A stretch of 63,688 nucleotides of DNA, the filler included, from Pseudomonadota bacterium (GTDB lineage: Bacteria; Bdellovibrionota_F; JAHFAK01; JBDREC01): NCBI GenBank assembly GCA_043820105.1. It is 6 parts of 6 records of this genome, joined end to end, with 100 filler letters (N's around TTAATTAATTAA, not from the genome) between each part and the next. Parts side by side here need not be neighbours in the genome. Positions count along the whole stretch, not along the records: positions 56,902 to 63,688 come from JBDREC010000100.1; 5 more parts are not named here. The stretch is one strand, 5' to 3'. The notes beneath the pieces were generated by a model. It did not search any database. It saw only the letters and a program-made list of their open reading frames with translations, and was not told the origin of the DNA. Numbering within the stretch: the first letter of the stretch is position 1; every line of letters starts with the position of its first letter. A program made the position numbers and the translations under genes. This document shows positions 61,556-63,688 of the stretch, piece after piece.

Positions 61556-62008
61556 CTATTCCTCCCTCATAGTCGCTACAAAATCATTTATAGTTTGTCC
61601 CGTAGCCAAGTGTTGCTCAAAAGCTTCAAACCATAACATTATTTTTAACATAACTTTATTCAAAGTAATACCACTATGCCATCGACTTTGTCTCCAATGA
61701 CAGATTTGGACTTCCCTGCTACTGCTAGGTTCTAATGTATGCATCTTATGAGATACACCATAACTAACTATTGATGTCCCATTATAGCCAATGAGTGGAT
61801 TTGGCTTATGCACATAAACAGAAGGACATTGATAAGGATAATTAGTCGGCAATCGACACCAAACCGTATAGCTCCTTCCACCACTAGAATTATAATCACC
61901 AAAAATATAATAAAAATTTCCTTGGGGGTAATACTTTACAAAGTATTGTGACATCCCATCTCTTTTTAAAATCTGATTTTCTAGATTTAATCTATCCAAC
62001 AATGTCAT
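61556..62008 (-). CDS. Stand-alone prokaryotic E2 (UBC-fold) protein
   Basis: LPTNYPYQCPSVYV (PxxYPxxxP), H...QICHW...W..GITL..V..KI.LW with a putative catalytic Cys; start at MTLLDRL behind AAGGAAG (150 aa). Confidence 0.8.
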   Translation of the reverse strand: MTLLDRLNLENQILKRDGMSQYFVKYYPQGNFYYIFGDYNSSGGRSYTVWCRLPTNYPYQCPSVYVHKPNPLIGYNGTSIVSYGVSHKMHTLEPSSSREVQICHWRQSRWHSGITLNKVMLKIMLWFEAFEQHLATGQTINDFVATMREE

Positions 62009-63248
62009 TGTCTCTTCCTTTAAGCTTATGATAACAATCAACAATCTGGTCTAACTTTAAAAGTGATAAACTGTTATTCTTCACTTCAAGCTCCGTTGAT
62101 TTTCCTATAGCTCTATCCAGCCAATCAACTTGTAATATTTTATGTGGCCACTTATCATCTATAGCAAATGCAATATATTGCTCATTTTTAACCGGCACAA
62201 CAAAAATATGTCCAAATGAGGTGTGATACACTTCTATATCTTTCGACAATATTTGTCTAAGATCTTTTATTGCATTTAATATCGTCCTTTCTGATATTAT
62301 TTTTAGAGAATTTCCCTCATTAGCAATAACTCTACCAAGTGGCTCTACTGGAATTTTAATATTATCTAGATTAAATAGCGAATAGGAGTGCAAATTTTGT
62401 TCCGACATTAAATTACTTTCAACTAAAATTTCTCTAATAGGACTCACTCCTTTTAAAACTATTAGGCACGCATCAACAGGACTAGTATCAGGAAAATTCT
62501 GATAAGCAAAAGGATTAATGCGAACTATACGTTCTTTTTTAGAAACGTTAACAAAAGAAACAATAAACTCCGCCATTTCATTAAAATTATTCCTATTAGC
62601 TAACCGCTTTATTCTACTGATATCACCAGAGCTAGGAGACTCTAGCCCAAGATTATGATGTGAATGCCAGTCACCAAAGTATCTTAGCCCCCATTTATCG
62701 CTTAATTCTGTACTAATTTTAACCAGATAATCTACATCTAGTCTAAAATGTGCATTATCCCTAATAGCTTTTGGTCCAGCTTTTGTAGCTAGGTAAATAA
62801 TAGGAATGTCACCCCAAATTCCAAATAAATCACCGCCAGTTTCAACTTTCCAGGACGAACTTTCTAAAGCTATAGCCTGCAACTCAGATTCATAAATAGC
62901 TAAAACAGTCGATGGGGAACCCCTTTTTACTTTACCTATTTCAAGTTCTTCAACAACTTTAACTGGATCAGATTGAGTTAAAACAAATTTAAATATTTTT
63001 GAGAAAACAGGGTGCTTTTCAATCCAGGTTTTAACATTCTTTGGCATTTCTAAATTATCCTGATTTAAAATATCTTTTGAAATATTAAGCAATTCAGATA
63101 TTCGCTGAATAAGATCTTGACTTGGTAAACGACGTCCTTTCTCAATATCAACCAAATAAGCAGCTGAAATTTCTAATTTTCTAGCAAACTCCCTTAAAGA
63201 AATTTTATTTTTTATTCGTTCTTTTTTTATTTTTTCACCAATCTGCAT
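61992..63248 (-). CDS. XRE-HTH / JAB (MPN+) metallopeptidase fusion with an extra C-terminal domain
   Basis: N-terminal XRE HTH (SLREFARKLEISAAYLVDIEKGRRLPS); JAB motif ETGG...GDWHSHHNLGLESPSSGD. Confidence 0.88.
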   Translation of the reverse strand: MQIGEKIKKERIKNKISLREFARKLEISAAYLVDIEKGRRLPSQDLIQRISELLNISKDILNQDNLEMPKNVKTWIEKHPVFSKIFKFVLTQSDPVKVVEELEIGKVKRGSPSTVLAIYESELQAIALESSSWKVETGGDLFGIWGDIPIIYLATKAGPKAIRDNAHFRLDVDYLVKISTELSDKWGLRYFGDWHSHHNLGLESPSSGDISRIKRLANRNNFNEMAEFIVSFVNVSKKERIVRINPFAYQNFPDTSPVDACLIVLKGVSPIREILVESNLMSEQNLHSYSLFNLDNIKIPVEPLGRVIANEGNSLKIISERTILNAIKDLRQILSKDIEVYHTSFGHIFVVPVKNEQYIAFAIDDKWPHKILQVDWLDRAIGKSTELEVKNNSLSLLKLDQIVDCYHKLKGRDNDIVG

Positions 63249-63288
63249 GGGGAAATGTTATCACTGTTAGCTAACGATGTCAACATTT
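63249..63288 (-). promoter_or_regulatory. Leaderless sigma70 promoter overlapped by a 36-bp palindromic operator
   Basis: Minus strand TTGACA-N17-TAACAT (extended TG)-N6-ATG; palindrome AAATGTTatCActGTTAGCTAACgaTGtcAACATTT at 63253-63288. Confidence 0.8.
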
Positions 63289-63392
63289 TTATTTACTAGG
63301 GTGTTAAAAGCTCAGAATAAGTCTACGGGTGGGCGGGGAATATTTGCTTTTTCTGCGTCAAAGACGTGCGGACTGCCTATAAGGCTGGACGC

Positions 63393-63549
63393 AAAAACAT
63401 CAAAATCGCCAACAAATCGCTTTTTTCTTTTGATTTTTTCGCCCCATTTAATTTTTTATTTTTAGAACAACAAGAAAGGTCACAATGTCTTCAAACAAAA
63501 AGACTTTCATCAAAAAACCGCCCTCATTTTACATCCGAACTTTCGGATG
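63393..63549 (+). repeat. Right arm of the 157-bp inverted repeat (duplicate of the recombinase 3' segment)
   Basis: Encodes KNIKIANKSLFSFDFFAPFNFLFLEQQERSQCLQTKRLSSKNRPHFTSELSD, identical to the recombinase C-terminal segment. Confidence 0.95.
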
Positions 63550-63688
63550 ACCTCTTGCTGAGGCTCTACAATGTGCTTTTTTCTTACTTTTCTACCTTGA
63601 ATTGACTTAATGATGCACCGCCCCGCCGTCGCTCCCTGAACGGTCGCTTTGGCGGGGCTCCGTGAGTGATGTTGCACCGTTCGCCTCA

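Larger units (their letters stand above)
57041..63549. mobile_element. Putative recombinase-associated invertible or integrative defence cassette
   Basis: Serine recombinase plus CBASS-like operon bracketed by the inverted repeats. Confidence 0.55.

Noticed and set aside
63366-63605. 79-aa ORF matching the recombinase C-terminus
   Set aside because: It arises from the inverted-repeat arm and has no convincing RBS, so it is treated as a repeat rather than a gene.
1-63688. tRNA or rRNA genes, including a tRNA integration site for the recombinase
   Set aside because: No cloverleaf/T-loop pattern or rRNA-like stretch was recognised by eye; tRNAscan-SE and barrnap would settle it.

Overview
AT-rich bacterial sequence that looks like a metagenome-assembled genome. 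Six contigs are joined by 100-bp N/TTAATTAATTAA linkers (gaps at 23394-23493, 43016-43115, 45848-45947, 48132-48231, 56802-56901), so adjacency across gaps is not evidence of linkage. Contigs 1, 2 and 5 hold mostly housekeeping or accessory genes of deltaproteobacterial style: PLP enzyme, type IV pilin, MNT-HEPN and Fic modules, PNP, hflX, an ECF sigma/anti-sigma/DUF3106 cluster, a B12-type ABC transporter, M16 peptidase, Ser/Thr kinase, nadA/nadE, PBP1A, amidase, rplC-rpsT, rny, fur-feoB-dtxR and ThiF/ThiS. Their intergenic regions carry palindromic repeat elements, 7-nt-period arrays and sigma54 promoters. Contig 3 is a partial secA that may come from another organism. The most interesting part is the last contig (56902-63688), a compact minus-strand operon: XRE-HTH/JAB peptidase fusion -> stand-alone E2 -> a 59-aa ORF ending DMFGQ that is absent from the ORF track -> E1/ThiF -> CD-NTase (SMODS) -> 1-TM effector -> large serine recombinase. 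It is preceded by a predicted leaderless promoter overlapped by a palindromic operator, and it is bracketed by a 157-bp inverted repeat that ends in an att-like palindrome. I read it as a CBASS-like defence system with a split ubiquitin-like conjugation cascade, a candidate small modifier, and a possibly invertible or mobile cassette. Other leads are a CxxG-repeat RiPP-like precursor next to ThiS/ThiF, a triplicated gene-end junction containing a silent pilin fragment, and a covarying hairpin element present in two copies. All family assignments come from motif recognition by eye; no database searches were run.
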